DNA of 63,849 bases, filler included, from an uncultured Methanosarcinales archaeon (GTDB taxonomy: Archaea > Nanobdellota > Nanobdellia > Woesearchaeales > CAYXTQ01): NCBI GenBank assembly GCA_964608065.1. It is 5 parts of 5 records of this genome, joined end to end, with 100 filler letters (N's around TTAATTAATTAA, not from the genome) between each part and the next. Parts side by side here need not be neighbours in the genome. Positions count along the whole stretch, not along the records: positions 1 to 14,513 come from CAZSMA010000034.1; 4 more parts are not named here. One strand, 5' to 3'. Position 1 is the first letter of the stretch. Each line of letters opens with the position of its first letter. Shown one piece after another: positions 1-10,606 of the stretch. Under the pieces are notes generated by a model. It was not told the origin of the DNA and did no database searches. It saw nothing but the letters and a program-made list of their open reading frames with translations. The position numbers and the translations under genes were made by a program.

Positions 1-121
1 CATCTATAGTCAATATATAATAACTTATATATAAATCTTTTTTTTTTTTTTTTAAAAAATTGCTAGAAAACTTTATATAATCTACTGAAATCTACTACTA
101 TAAAATTAAGAGGGGTTATTG

Positions 122-427
122 ATGTATAAAAAACAATATAAAATCACAGATGATGTTACAAAATTACTTTTTGAAGGTGGATGTGCTATTGTTAATAGAA
201 GTCATAATTATCCTAAAGAGAAAATAACTGTTAAAGTAGGTACCATCGAAATAGTTATAGAAAAAATAGCTGAAAAAAATACTAATCATTTAACTGGACA
301 AATTTTAAATATACCTCTTATTAAGGTAACTCCAAATCAAGAGACCTATAAAAAACACCCCTTTGTAATAGATTACTTAAGAAAAAAAGGCAATGAAGGG
401 GACTCAATTTTTTATTTTCCTATCTAA
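122..427 (+). CDS. hypothetical protein
   Basis: ~101-aa ORF with GAGGGG SD and upstream GAAAACTTTATATAA BRE/TATA; no recognisable motif. Confidence 0.5.
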   Translation: MYKKQYKITDDVTKLLFEGGCAIVNRSHNYPKEKITVKVGTIEIVIEKIAEKNTNHLTGQILNIPLIKVTPNQETYKKHPFVIDYLRKKGNEGDSIFYFPI

Positions 428-943
428 TCACTTAATCTTCAAACTATTAAACAACTCATCCTTATTCAATAAGGCTATTCCGGCTTTATTTCCAGTTATC
501 TCAACTTTCACTATCTTATCTGGCTTTTTCAAGTCAACATTAGGTTTATCTATAAATTCAGTTAATTTAATTATTAAATCTACTGTACTGCCACCTTTAC
601 TGAATTTCCTCTTATTCAAATCCATCATCCACTTATCTTTTTCCTTAATCTCTTTGTTGTATTTCTTCAAAGCACTCTGCATATCTTTGATATTAGATTT
701 AACCCATTTGTCTATTGGTGTCCAGTGGAATGTTTTCTCAAACAACTCTGCTAATTCATCTTTCTTCTTATTCAAATCCTTAACAGCTTTTTTACTATCT
801 TTAATTTTAATCTTAAACAAACCATCTATCTCTGAATCCAGAAATTTACCTTCCTGCTTTAACTCTTTAAGAACAGACTCAACTTCAGCTTTAGCGCTTG
901 CATAACAACTAGGTTCAAAGCTTACTAACAGATTAGGTTCCAT
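428..943 (-). CDS. stand-alone THUMP-domain RNA-binding protein
   Basis: C-terminal VDLKKPDKIVKVEI THUMP signature; AGGGGTGA SD. Confidence 0.8.
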   Translation of the reverse strand: MEPNLLVSFEPSCYASAKAEVESVLKELKQEGKFLDSEIDGLFKIKIKDSKKAVKDLNKKKDELAELFEKTFHWTPIDKWVKSNIKDMQSALKKYNKEIKEKDKWMMDLNKRKFSKGGSTVDLIIKLTEFIDKPNVDLKKPDKIVKVEITGNKAGIALLNKDELFNSLKIK

Positions 944-1070
944 ACTATCACCCCTTTAAATCAATAAGACTTTGAATTATAAATAGTTTTTGATTTTAAT
1001 TATTTATTTATGAGTAGTGACAAATAGAAAGATTTATATAGTATTTGATATTAACATATGTGATAGAACC

Positions 1071-1334
1071 ATGCTACCTAACTCGGAAGAAATTCTTTTG
1101 ATAAAGACAATGGCAGGAGATATGGATACAACACTTTTTAATCTTTTTTCAAAATATCAAAATAGCGAAACTCCAGAAAAAGAAAGACTAAAGAAAATCA
1201 TAGAACACAATCTTAGAACACTTGAAGAAACAGTTGGAATCCCTGTAGCTGATTTCTATAAAACATGTTTCAGTTTATTAGAAAATAAATATCCTAAACC
1301 TTATCAAACCACAACTCAAATGACTTCTCTTTAA
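1071..1334 (+). CDS. hypothetical protein
   Basis: ORF; TTTATATA box at ~1033 favours ATG 1071; overlaps the ileS 3' end. Confidence 0.4.
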   Translation: MLPNSEEILLIKTMAGDMDTTLFNLFSKYQNSETPEKERLKKIIEHNLRTLEETVGIPVADFYKTCFSLLENKYPKPYQTTTQMTSL

Positions 1335-4300
1335 CCAGTTCCTTGCTCTTAAACTCATGCCTTTTACTAGGATCTATCTGAGAAATCTTCAATTTACTGG
1401 CACCAACTTTCTCTTTTATCTGTTCACTAAATTTATTTAACATTTCAACTAATTCTTCATCAGTTTTAATAAACAAAACAATCTTATCCTTTTTCTGTAA
1501 CCCTGATTTCTTCCTTAAAGCCTGCACTCTTCTCATAACTTCTCTTGAATAACCTTCTGCCTCTAATTCAGGAGTTAACTCTTTATTCAAATAAATAAAT
1601 CCTTGTCTAAAAGAAACCTCTTCATAAGGTATTGGAACTTCTCTTTCAATTATCAAATGCTCTTTTACTATAGCAACTTTCTTACCATTAACATTTATCT
1701 CATATTTTCCATCTTTCTCTAAATGATTCAGCACAGTTTCAGCACTATCAGTGCTTAATCTTGCTATTATCTTAGGAGCTAGCTCTTTGAAATCAGGATT
1801 TATCTGCTTATAATCTGCTCTTACTTTTTGCTTTAATCCTGGCAATGTCTGCTGTACTTTAATTTCCTTAAAATTAGCCTGTACTTTCAATATATCTCCA
1901 AATTTTTCAATAGCTTTTACAGCTTTCTCATCTTTAGTGACTATAACAACTTCTTTCAAAGGCCATCTTACACCCATTTGAATTTTCTCCCTGCAAGCTA
2001 AGATTGATTGCAATGCTTGTTGTACAACACCCATATCCAGCTCTAATTCTTTATCTATAAACTTTTCATCATATTTAGGCCATTTATACAGATGAATACT
2101 TTCTTCTTTCAGCTTAAACTCTTTTCTTAAATCCTGATAAATATATTCAGTAATAAATGGAGCTATTGGAGCAAATAACTTTAATGTTTCAAACAAAACA
2201 TTATAGACAGTATACAAAACTTTTTTCCTGTCTTCTAATTTACCTAACGCTGTTTTCTCTCTAGTCAGCTGAATATAAGTTCTAGATAAATCTAAAAATA
2301 AGTCTTCTATAAGCCATGGAATCTCATCCATCTTATAATCATCAAATAATTTTGTAATTTTCCTCATACTGCTGTTTAGCTTGCTCAAAATATACTTTTC
2401 CTCAAGAGAAAATTTACTAATTTTAAGACTTGAAGGATTAACCTTTAATGTCTTAGCTAAATCTATCAAAAACTTATGTAAGTTCCATAATATCATCAAA
2501 TTTTTATGTTTTATCTTAAGATCATCAAAATTATAATTTATATCTAATCCTGGATTTGCTCCTCCAATCATATAATACCTTAAAGTATCAGCACCATACT
2601 TGTCAATAACTTCATAAGGAGAGATTATATTTCCTAAAGACTTTGACATCTTCCTCCCTTGAGAATCCTGTACAAAACCATGCATATAAACAGCCTTATA
2701 AGAAGGCTTTTGCATGCTAACCATACTAGCAACAAAAAGTAAATTAAACCAACCTCTGATCTGATCTTTTCCTTCTAATATAAAATCAGCAGGCCAGTAT
2801 TTTTTAAATAACTCTGTTTTCTGTGGATAATCCAAACAATTCCATGAAGTAGTTCCAGCATCAATCCATACATCCAAGATATCTGGAATTCTTTTCTTTA
2901 CACCACCGCACTTGCATGTTATTTCAACTTCATCAATATAAGGCCTGTGCAAATCATCTGGAACTTTATCAGCTAATTCTTTCAATTCTTTAATACTTCC
3001 AACAACCACATAATCTTTGCATTTATTACATCTCCAGATTGGAACAGCTGTTCCCCAATATCTCTGTCTTGTAATACCATTATCTCTTAGATTATCAAGC
3101 CATGAGTCAAACTGCCTGTTTCCAGCCCAGTCAGGCTGCCATTTTATTTTTTTATTAAGATTCCTCATCTTCTCTTTCATATCTTCAACTTTAAAGAACC
3201 ACTGCTTTGTTGTTCTGAATATGACAGGAGCCTTACATCTCCAGCAATGAGCATATTCATGCTCTACTTCTGTAGTTTCAATCAAAGCACCTGTTTCTTT
3301 TAAAGCTTCAACAAACTTTTGATCATCTTTCTTAGCAATTAACCCTGCAAATTTGCCCATATTCTCAGGAAAAACACCAAACTGGTCTAAGTTATTGAAA
3401 GGAGGAATCTTTTCCCTATGTCCAACTTCAAAGTCCTCAGGACCACAACCAGGAGCAGTATGCACTAATCCTGAACCTGCAGAAGTATCTACATATTCTT
3501 TAGATAAAACAACAGAATGTACTTTTGCTGAGTTTTTACTTAAATCATCATAAACTTGTTTTAATTCTTTATAGAAGGGGTGTTCATAATGAACTCCTTT
3601 TAATTTATCTCCTTTGAATTCTTCAATTATCTCTAATTTTTTATCTGCTACACCTTGTATCAAAGCTCCAGCTAAAGCTTTAGCTACTATCCAAACTTCA
3701 CTTCCAACTTTTGCTTTAACATAATCCAGATCAGGATTAACCATTACAGCTAAATTATAAGGGATAGTCCATGGAGTTGTTGTCCAGATTACCAAATATT
3801 CATTTTTTTCTTTTTTAACTTTAAATTTGACAAATATACTATTATCTTTAACATTTTTATACTCTAATTCATGTTTTGCAAGAGCTGTTGCACATTTCTG
3901 GCACCACTGCATTGATAATTTGCCTTCATACAATCTTTTGTTTTCATGTGCTTTCTTAACTAACCACCATTCACCTTCCATAAACTCATTTCTAATAGAT
4001 TGATAAGCATTTTTGAAATCCATCCATACTCCTAATCTTCTAAAGTCTTTGTTCATCATCTCCATGTTTTCAGTAGAAAACTTCTTGCATTCATTGATAA
4101 ACTTACTTACACCAAACTTAGGAACTTCATCTTTACTCTTTAATTTAAACTTAGCCTGAACTTTAAGTTCAGTTGGCAACCCATGCATATCATAACCAGC
4201 TCTGTCCCATACATCGAATCCGTTCATTCTCTTATATCTCATAACACAATCTTTTAGAGATTTGTTCCATGCTATTCCCAAATGAATCTTACCAGAAGTA

Positions 4301-4431
4301 TATGGAGGACCATCTAAAAAGTAAAAAGGCTTGCCTTTACCATTAGCTTTAGCGTATATTTTATTCTTTTCCCAAAATTCCAGCACAAAAGGTTCAATTT
4401 TGTGTGGTTCGTATTTAGTTAGTTTGTCCAT
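1294..4431 (-). CDS. ileS: isoleucine--tRNA ligase (archaeal/eukaryotic type)
   Basis: DGPPY..HLGI (HIGH), WTTTPWT editing motif, GKDQIRGWF, KMSKS. Confidence 0.97.
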   Translation of the reverse strand: MDKLTKYEPHKIEPFVLEFWEKNKIYAKANGKGKPFYFLDGPPYTSGKIHLGIAWNKSLKDCVMRYKRMNGFDVWDRAGYDMHGLPTELKVQAKFKLKSKDEVPKFGVSKFINECKKFSTENMEMMNKDFRRLGVWMDFKNAYQSIRNEFMEGEWWLVKKAHENKRLYEGKLSMQWCQKCATALAKHELEYKNVKDNSIFVKFKVKKEKNEYLVIWTTTPWTIPYNLAVMVNPDLDYVKAKVGSEVWIVAKALAGALIQGVADKKLEIIEEFKGDKLKGVHYEHPFYKELKQVYDDLSKNSAKVHSVVLSKEYVDTSAGSGLVHTAPGCGPEDFEVGHREKIPPFNNLDQFGVFPENMGKFAGLIAKKDDQKFVEALKETGALIETTEVEHEYAHCWRCKAPVIFRTTKQWFFKVEDMKEKMRNLNKKIKWQPDWAGNRQFDSWLDNLRDNGITRQRYWGTAVPIWRCNKCKDYVVVGSIKELKELADKVPDDLHRPYIDEVEITCKCGGVKKRIPDILDVWIDAGTTSWNCLDYPQKTELFKKYWPADFILEGKDQIRGWFNLLFVASMVSMQKPSYKAVYMHGFVQDSQGRKMSKSLGNIISPYEVIDKYGADTLRYYMIGGANPGLDINYNFDDLKIKHKNLMILWNLHKFLIDLAKTLKVNPSSLKISKFSLEEKYILSKLNSSMRKITKLFDDYKMDEIPWLIEDLFLDLSRTYIQLTREKTALGKLEDRKKVLYTVYNVLFETLKLFAPIAPFITEYIYQDLRKEFKLKEESIHLYKWPKYDEKFIDKELELDMGVVQQALQSILACREKIQMGVRWPLKEVVIVTKDEKAVKAIEKFGDILKVQANFKEIKVQQTLPGLKQKVRADYKQINPDFKELAPKIIARLSTDSAETVLNHLEKDGKYEINVNGKKVAIVKEHLIIEREVPIPYEEVSFRQGFIYLNKELTPELEAEGYSREVMRRVQALRKKSGLQKKDKIVLFIKTDEELVEMLNKFSEQIKEKVGASKLKISQIDPSKRHEFKSKELVKEKSFELWFDKV

Positions 4432-4594
4432 CTTAATCTTTTGTTTTGTTTTAATTTATATATATTTCTATCATATAAGTAATTTCTGGGTTTAGAACAT
4501 ATAACCCAGAGCTTAAGCTGTAATGATAGAAATTGCCATAATAATTGTATTTGGCATTTTATAGTTAGGATTATTGTTTTGTATTTAAAACTTA

Positions 4595-4744
4595 TTATTT
4601 CAGAACACACCCACACTCAAGACAAACATGGCCACCTTCTCTTTGATCGTACTTTGTGGTTACTCCATAATCTATCACAACCTCGCACTTAGGACACTTT
4701 TTCTCTAAGTTTTGCACATTATCAAAAAAATCTAGTTCTGGCAT
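4595..4744 (-). CDS. small CPxC..CxxCG zinc-ribbon microprotein (49 aa)
   Basis: Hand-translated MPELDFFDNVQNLEKKCPKCEVVIDYGVTTKYDQREGGHVCLECGCVLK*; GGGGA SD; own GAAAACTTTAAATA promoter; below ORF-track cutoff. Confidence 0.75.
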   Translation of the reverse strand: MPELDFFDNVQNLEKKCPKCEVVIDYGVTTKYDQREGGHVCLECGCVLK

Positions 4745-4780
4745 AACATCCCCCTATTACCCCACGAGACTTAGAAGTAT

Positions 4781-5155
4781 TTAAAGTTTTCGTAAGCTTA
4801 AGCCAGTGCTGTCTATTCCTGCTCTAAACTTAGCTTTCCTTGCAAATCCAAGAATTATTCCATCAACTAAGTTTCCTTTTAGTCTTTGGCTCACTTTATG
4901 TAGTGTAGTAAAATGAGGGATGGTTTCTAGTCCAATGTAATCTAATAAATAAGCATAGTCGGGCAATAACTCACAAAATCTTCTAAAGCCCATGCCATTA
5001 TGGTACTCACGTAGAGCAAGAAGTACAATATGTTGGTGTAATGTATAGGTCTTTTTAGAGAACTTATGGCCATATAGCCTTACTTGCTTTATTTTGATTG
5101 CTTTTAGTATATTTTTAGCAAATTTTATTAAGAATGTTTCTTTTTTCTTTTTCAT
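4781..5155 (-). pseudogene. IS5-like DDE transposase, truncated after the first catalytic Asp
   Basis: YTLHQHIVLL, PHFTTL and IDSTG motifs; only 124 aa. Confidence 0.8.
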
Positions 5156-5233
5156 GGTTGGGACACTCCAACCACCCCTCTTAGAGCCTTATGGCTCTTT
5201 GAGGGTTATAAATTTATAGGATTTCTACGGCCC
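4781..5233 (-). mobile_element. truncated IS5-family-like insertion sequence (left end plus 5' part of transposase)
   Basis: End GGGCCGTAGAAATCC resembles archaeal IS5-type termini; transposase fragment inside; no right end seen. Confidence 0.7.
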
Positions 5234-5242
5234 CGTAACTAC

Positions 5243-7693
5243 TCAAAAGAACTTCCCCAACTTCTCCTGGCCTTTTTTCTCAGATAAATCAGATTTATGA
5301 TAACCAAGTACACTAAAGATTGTTGCTACAGCAGGAATTATCTGGTTATTAACATAATAAACAGGATCATAATCATTTTGTTTGACTTCATCAGGCAATT
5401 TAGCTCTCTCCCTTATCAACCCTTTGCCTTTTGTTATAACATACTTCATAACAGTGCCTGCACTTATCTTTAAACCCCTATCCCTTAATCTTTTGGCAAC
5501 TGCAACATGAGGCCCTATAGAATCATAATCACTAATCTCTTTTTGCAGCTGTGTACGTATGATAACTTTATCTAATTCAATTTTATGGTTTCTTAAATCA
5601 TCTATTGTCTTTTTAACATAATTAAATGCTTTCTCTTTATTATTCTCTTTTAAAATAATATTAAGCACCTTTTCCTGAACTTCTTTAGCTACAATGCTCC
5701 AATTCCTTCTTACAGATTCAAATCCTCTAATCTTAATATTTCCATTTTCAGAAAGTAAAGCATACTTTTTCTTAGCTCCATAACCGGTTTCCTTAGCTGA
5801 AACAAATATTCCAGCAGGATAACTTCCTTCATACTCTAATTCCATCAATCCAGGCAGTTCTACATTAACAGATTCTGCAAACTTTTTAACATCCTTCTCT
5901 TTATTATTACCTACTAAAAGAAAAACACTGTCAGTGTCGGAGTACAAAACTTTAAATCCAGCTTCCTTTGCCTTATCAATAACTTTATGGATATAATATC
6001 TTCCCCAGGATGTAACTGATTTAGCACATTCAAGAGAATACCATCTTGCAGCAAAAAATCCTAGATAACCATAGAATGAATTTGCCATTAATTTCAGTGA
6101 TTGTTCACGGGCATGCAAAAAAATACTTGCTTCTTTTTTCCTACTCATCTCCTTAATCCTCATCCTTCTTGTAATCAATTCTTCAATTATAGATGGAATA
6201 AACCCTTTCTTTTTTTTGCAGAACCAGTACTTCTCATTATCCTCTATTGGAGGTTTTTCAGCCTTATCTCCACAACACTTGCAATTCAGAGTTTCCAGGG
6301 AAATATTATGAGAACTGATTATAGTTGGATACAAGCTCCTGTAATCAAAGATAACTATCTTTTTATAAAAACCAGGTGTCGGTTCATAAACAAACGCTCC
6401 TTTGTAAGTCTGCGTCCTTCTCTGCATTATATCATCATGGCCTGGCCTGTTCAATATCATCTCATTAAAATTTTTAGTCTGCTTTATCAAATACCATTCT
6501 ACTAACTGCGAAAAACCCATTCTATTGATATCATATATTGGCAATCCAACTATTTTTACTAACTCAATTAGATTAGGCAACAATTTTTCAGCCAGCCTAA
6601 ATGTCAGATAAGAATCATGCAGATTATACTTGCAGAATTCTTCTAATTTTTCTGTGTTTTTATCCCATGCTTCAGACAATTCATCTAAATCCACATCTAT
6701 CTTTTTCTCTTTTAATAGTTCTTCTGCAACAGCATTAAGACTATAAGTACTGGTTTCCAGGCTAGATTTCATTATTCTTATTATATATTTAAAAACATCC
6801 AGGTGGTTTATACTCCTTATTTTCGCTACTTCAGACTTTTTATTGACCTTTACCTCAGAATAATCCCAACCAATATCTAATTTTATCTTATATTTTTTAG
6901 CTCTTTCAGATAAATATGGAAAATCAAAACCATCTGAAAAATAACCTGTGATAATATCTGGCTTATAATGTTCTATTGTTTCTTTAAATTTCTGTATTAA
7001 TTCTGATTCCCCTTCTACAAACTCAATATAATCCTCTTTTGTCTTAAACCTTTTCCAGGTTATTACTTTTTTGAAATTTGTTCCATAAAAACTAAGCATG
7101 ATTATAGGATACTTCTCTGGCTCAATTGTTTTTCCTACTGGATTGTATGTTTCTATATCAAAAGCCAGTATTCTTGGCTTTGTTAATGTATCATCACTGA
7201 ACTGTTTTACAGAACTAGCTTTCAGGACAGGCACTTTGCTTTTGATATTGATAAATTCACCTTCTGCTTCAACTAAAGTCATAGGTGTTATTCCTTTATC
7301 TACTAAATATCTTCTTGAAAAAACAATATCATATTCATGAATAGATTCAATAATCTCCCATTCTTTTATAGTATCTCTTATTATAGGGACATCATAAGGC
7401 AGTTTTGTATAAACTTTTATAGCCACTACTTCCTTTCCAAGATACTTCTTGGTTATCATTTCTGTTTTAGTTACTTCTGCTGTAGTTTCATTTACCTCTA
7501 CTTTTATTTTCTCTAACTTCTCTTTTACACTTTTGCCTTTTTTAGGTATAACAATAAAATATGGTTCAAAAGAATCATCCATAACAGTAATCTGCTTTCC
7601 AGCTATTGTCTTTCCAAATAAGTAGATTGCTGCTCTATCATCTACTAATCTGTATGTAATATCCAAAGGAAAAAACTGTATTTTTTCTGGCAT
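5243..7693 (-). CDS. polB: family B DNA polymerase (archaeal PolB3 type)
   Basis: Exo DIET; polymerase DYRSLYP, KLMANSFYGY, YSDTDS; C-terminal PIP box QEKLGKFF. Confidence 0.96.
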   Translation of the reverse strand: MPEKIQFFPLDITYRLVDDRAAIYLFGKTIAGKQITVMDDSFEPYFIVIPKKGKSVKEKLEKIKVEVNETTAEVTKTEMITKKYLGKEVVAIKVYTKLPYDVPIIRDTIKEWEIIESIHEYDIVFSRRYLVDKGITPMTLVEAEGEFINIKSKVPVLKASSVKQFSDDTLTKPRILAFDIETYNPVGKTIEPEKYPIIMLSFYGTNFKKVITWKRFKTKEDYIEFVEGESELIQKFKETIEHYKPDIITGYFSDGFDFPYLSERAKKYKIKLDIGWDYSEVKVNKKSEVAKIRSINHLDVFKYIIRIMKSSLETSTYSLNAVAEELLKEKKIDVDLDELSEAWDKNTEKLEEFCKYNLHDSYLTFRLAEKLLPNLIELVKIVGLPIYDINRMGFSQLVEWYLIKQTKNFNEMILNRPGHDDIMQRRTQTYKGAFVYEPTPGFYKKIVIFDYRSLYPTIISSHNISLETLNCKCCGDKAEKPPIEDNEKYWFCKKKKGFIPSIIEELITRRMRIKEMSRKKEASIFLHAREQSLKLMANSFYGYLGFFAARWYSLECAKSVTSWGRYYIHKVIDKAKEAGFKVLYSDTDSVFLLVGNNKEKDVKKFAESVNVELPGLMELEYEGSYPAGIFVSAKETGYGAKKKYALLSENGNIKIRGFESVRRNWSIVAKEVQEKVLNIILKENNKEKAFNYVKKTIDDLRNHKIELDKVIIRTQLQKEISDYDSIGPHVAVAKRLRDRGLKISAGTVMKYVITKGKGLIRERAKLPDEVKQNDYDPVYYVNNQIIPAVATIFSVLGYHKSDLSEKKGQEKLGKFF

Positions 7694-7733
7694 ATTATAA
7701 CATTAGAAGCAAATTGTTATTTAAAGGTTGCTG

Positions 7734-9410
7734 TTACATCCTATCAGGAGCTTCTATCCCTAACAGATTTAAACCATTCTTAAGAACTTGCTTTACACAC
7801 ATAATCAAGCTTAATCTAGCTTCTCTAACATCTTTCTCAGCTTTTAAAACAGGCAATTTTACATAGAATGAGTTAAATGTTTGGCTTAATTCAATTAAAT
7901 AAGTAGCTATCAACGAAGGTTTATAATTATTTGCAGCTTCATCAACTTTATCAGGAAATTTGGATAACAAGCTAATCAGCTTCAATTCTAATTCATCTTT
8001 CAACAGACTATAATCAACTTTAACAGGAACTTTACCTTTACTTAATATAGAACTTATTCTTGTATGAGCATACTGAGCATAAGGCCCTGTTTCTCCTTCA
8101 AACTTAATGCTTTCCTCAGGATTATACATCATATCTTTCATTGGATCGTGCTTTAAGATATAGAACTTTATAGCTCCTAAACCTATCTGCTCAGATCTTT
8201 TATCAATTTCCTTCTGTGATAAACCTTTATGCCTCTTCAAAATCTCTTTCTTAGCCAGCTCAATCATCTCATCCATTAAATCATCAGCATCTACAACCTT
8301 TCCCTCACGACTTTTCATCTTACCTTCTGGCAAATTCACCATACCATAAGCCAGATGAAAGCAATTCTTAGCAAAAGAAAACTTTAACATCTTAAACAAT
8401 TCAAACAGCACTTTAAAATGATATATCTGCTCATTACCAACAACATAAATCATCTTATCCATCTTATAGTCTTTATATCTGATTCCTGCTAAAGCCATAT
8501 CTTGTGTAATATAAACAGCAGTTCCATTAGCTCTTATCAGAACCTTTTTACCTAATTTCTCATTTTCTAAATCAACAACAATACTTCCATCATCTTTTTC
8601 AAAAATCCCTTTCTTTAGACCATCCATAACTATTTTTTTTCCTTTAAGATAAGTATCGCTTTCATAATAGCTTTTTTCTATATTTCTTCCAAACCTTTTA
8701 TATGTCTCAAACATACCATCCACAGCCCATTTGTTCATTTTCTTGCTTAATTCTCTGGCTTCTTTATCACCATTCTCCCATTTTTCCAATAACTCCTGTG
8801 CTTCTTGCTCTAATTTTGGGTTTTCTCTGACTTTCTGAGCAAACAACACATAATAATCTCCAACAAAATGATCAGATTTTTTGTTTGGTTTTTTACCCTT
8901 ACCCCATTTCTTATAAGCAAGCATTGATTTGCAGATATGGATTCCTCTATCATTGATAATATCCACATCTTTGACATTACATCCTATAAATTTATAGATA
9001 TTTGAAAGACTTATTCCTAAAGACATGTTCCTTAAATGACCAAGATGTAAGGGTTTGTTTGTATTAGGTCCTGGTGATTCAACTAATACTGTTTTCTTTT
9101 CCTTTTGGCTTCCATACTTATCTTTTTGTTTAAGAACATCTTTAATAACATCATCAGCTAACTTTCCTTTATCACAGAAAAAATTCAGATAAGGCCCCTT
9201 AACCTCAACTTTATTTATCAAATTGCTTAATTTAATTTTCTTAGCTAAATCCTGCGCTATTTCATTAGGATTCTTTTTCAATGTTTTAGCTAAAACAAAG
9301 CATGGAAAAGCATAGTCTCCAAATTCTTGCTTAGGTATTTCTAAGTTAATTTCCTTTAATTTTGTTTCTTTCTTCAGAATTTTTATTATTTCTTTTTCAA
9401 AATCATTCAT
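7734..9410 (-). CDS. argS: arginine--tRNA ligase
   Basis: PNTNKPLHLGH, KMKSREG, GETGPYAQYAHTRI, DALR-type C-terminus. Confidence 0.97.
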   Translation of the reverse strand: MNDFEKEIIKILKKETKLKEINLEIPKQEFGDYAFPCFVLAKTLKKNPNEIAQDLAKKIKLSNLINKVEVKGPYLNFFCDKGKLADDVIKDVLKQKDKYGSQKEKKTVLVESPGPNTNKPLHLGHLRNMSLGISLSNIYKFIGCNVKDVDIINDRGIHICKSMLAYKKWGKGKKPNKKSDHFVGDYYVLFAQKVRENPKLEQEAQELLEKWENGDKEARELSKKMNKWAVDGMFETYKRFGRNIEKSYYESDTYLKGKKIVMDGLKKGIFEKDDGSIVVDLENEKLGKKVLIRANGTAVYITQDMALAGIRYKDYKMDKMIYVVGNEQIYHFKVLFELFKMLKFSFAKNCFHLAYGMVNLPEGKMKSREGKVVDADDLMDEMIELAKKEILKRHKGLSQKEIDKRSEQIGLGAIKFYILKHDPMKDMMYNPEESIKFEGETGPYAQYAHTRISSILSKGKVPVKVDYSLLKDELELKLISLLSKFPDKVDEAANNYKPSLIATYLIELSQTFNSFYVKLPVLKAEKDVREARLSLIMCVKQVLKNGLNLLGIEAPDRM

Positions 9411-10111
9411 AATTCTTCACTTTCTTTTTTATCTTTATTCAAAATTTCAATCTTAGTTTCTCCACCTAAAAAACTTTTAACTAAATCAGCTAACTCTTTT
9501 AATATTTTTTGCAGTTCTTTCTCTGTTACAGGCTCTAACCCTTCAACATACAATATTACATCTTTACTATCCTCTGTAATCCTTGTTTTATAGCATTCTC
9601 TCCAATTCCATCTTCTGCATAATACTTCAATATCATCTTTGTAAATAACTTCATTAGGATTAGGATTACTACTTTCCTGTTTTCCAATAGGAATGAATTT
9701 CTCATCACCTTTTGCAAATGTTAATTGAATATCTCCAATAACCTCATTCAAATCATCAGCACCCATTGGAACAAGATGTTTTAAACTCAAATAATTGTAC
9801 AAATCAACTAATTTATTTATTTTTGGCAATGTTTCTGCTTTCAAAATCCTTCTTAGCAGAGATTCAACAGAATTATGGTGTTTTTTAGGTTTTGCTCCAA
9901 AAGCAAGATAAGTAGCTCTCCATGGTGCAATTAACTTATGATTTGCAATATCTTCAGGAGTGAAATTACTTTTTATTAAATCCTCAATCTCTATCAATAA
10001 TTTGTAAATCTCTTTATCTTCACCTTTATTGTTAATACCTTTAGCAATAACTACTCCAACACTCAACTTTGGAAATTGTTCAAAGATTTTATTGTCTATT
10101 TTAAGTTTCAT
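9407..10111 (-). CDS. stand-alone B3/B4 (PheRS-beta editing-like) domain protein
   Basis: SVESLLRR, INKLVDLYNYLSL, GADDL, CRRWNWRE; 4-nt overlap with argS start. Confidence 0.88.
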   Translation of the reverse strand: MKLKIDNKIFEQFPKLSVGVVIAKGINNKGEDKEIYKLLIEIEDLIKSNFTPEDIANHKLIAPWRATYLAFGAKPKKHHNSVESLLRRILKAETLPKINKLVDLYNYLSLKHLVPMGADDLNEVIGDIQLTFAKGDEKFIPIGKQESSNPNPNEVIYKDDIEVLCRRWNWRECYKTRITEDSKDVILYVEGLEPVTEKELQKILKELADLVKSFLGGETKIEILNKDKKESEEL

Positions 10112-10190
10112 ATAAATAATAAGAAATAAAGATATTTATTAAGGTTGCGGTTTTCTAGATTACTAATTCTGTAAGGAATTATAAATATTT

Positions 10191-10475
10191 TCACTGAATT
10201 AGATGGTTTACTAAATAATCACTATATATCCCATGTACTATACCTCTTTCAACAAAACCATCATGATAACCCCCGTAGTACTTAATTGGTATTTTGTCGT
10301 TTCTATTATTCTCAACACCATCAGTTATTTGTTCAATGACTATTGTTTCTACTTCTCCAATCTTTGTTTTAACTGCTCTAACATCTCCTATTTCTAGTTC
10401 ATGAGTCTGTTTTCCAGCATTCGAAAGAGCTTTAATCAACAACGGCATTATTGATATTTGACTTTCTTTAGGCAT
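10191..10475 (-). CDS. hypothetical protein
   Basis: ORF; GAGGGGGG SD before ATG 10475. Confidence 0.55.
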   Translation of the reverse strand: MPKESQISIMPLLIKALSNAGKQTHELEIGDVRAVKTKIGEVETIVIEQITDGVENNRNDKIPIKYYGGYHDGFVERGIVHGIYSDYLVNHLIQ

Positions 10476-10606
10476 ATTTATCCCCCCTCTGATTTGCAAC
10501 GAAAAGAACTAGCATTTGCAATTCTTTCCAGAGTATTTTACATCTCTGAAGATAAAGAAATAGTTAAGGTTATATAAATATATTTTGTAATTAGAAAATA
10601 TAGTTT

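Noticed and set aside
393..905. Antisense ORFs here and elsewhere (e.g. 6101-6505, 36869-37363, 43344-43916)
   Set aside because: Shadows of well-supported opposite-strand genes.
4419..4616. 65-aa ORF and hairpins (TCTGGGTT/AACCCAGA) upstream of ileS
   Set aside because: The ORF lacks a credible start and overlaps real genes; the stems are too weak to call an ncRNA or T-box.
5243..7693. Intein or viral/casposon origin of PolB
   Set aside because: Normal length, no intein motifs, PIP box present, housekeeping context.
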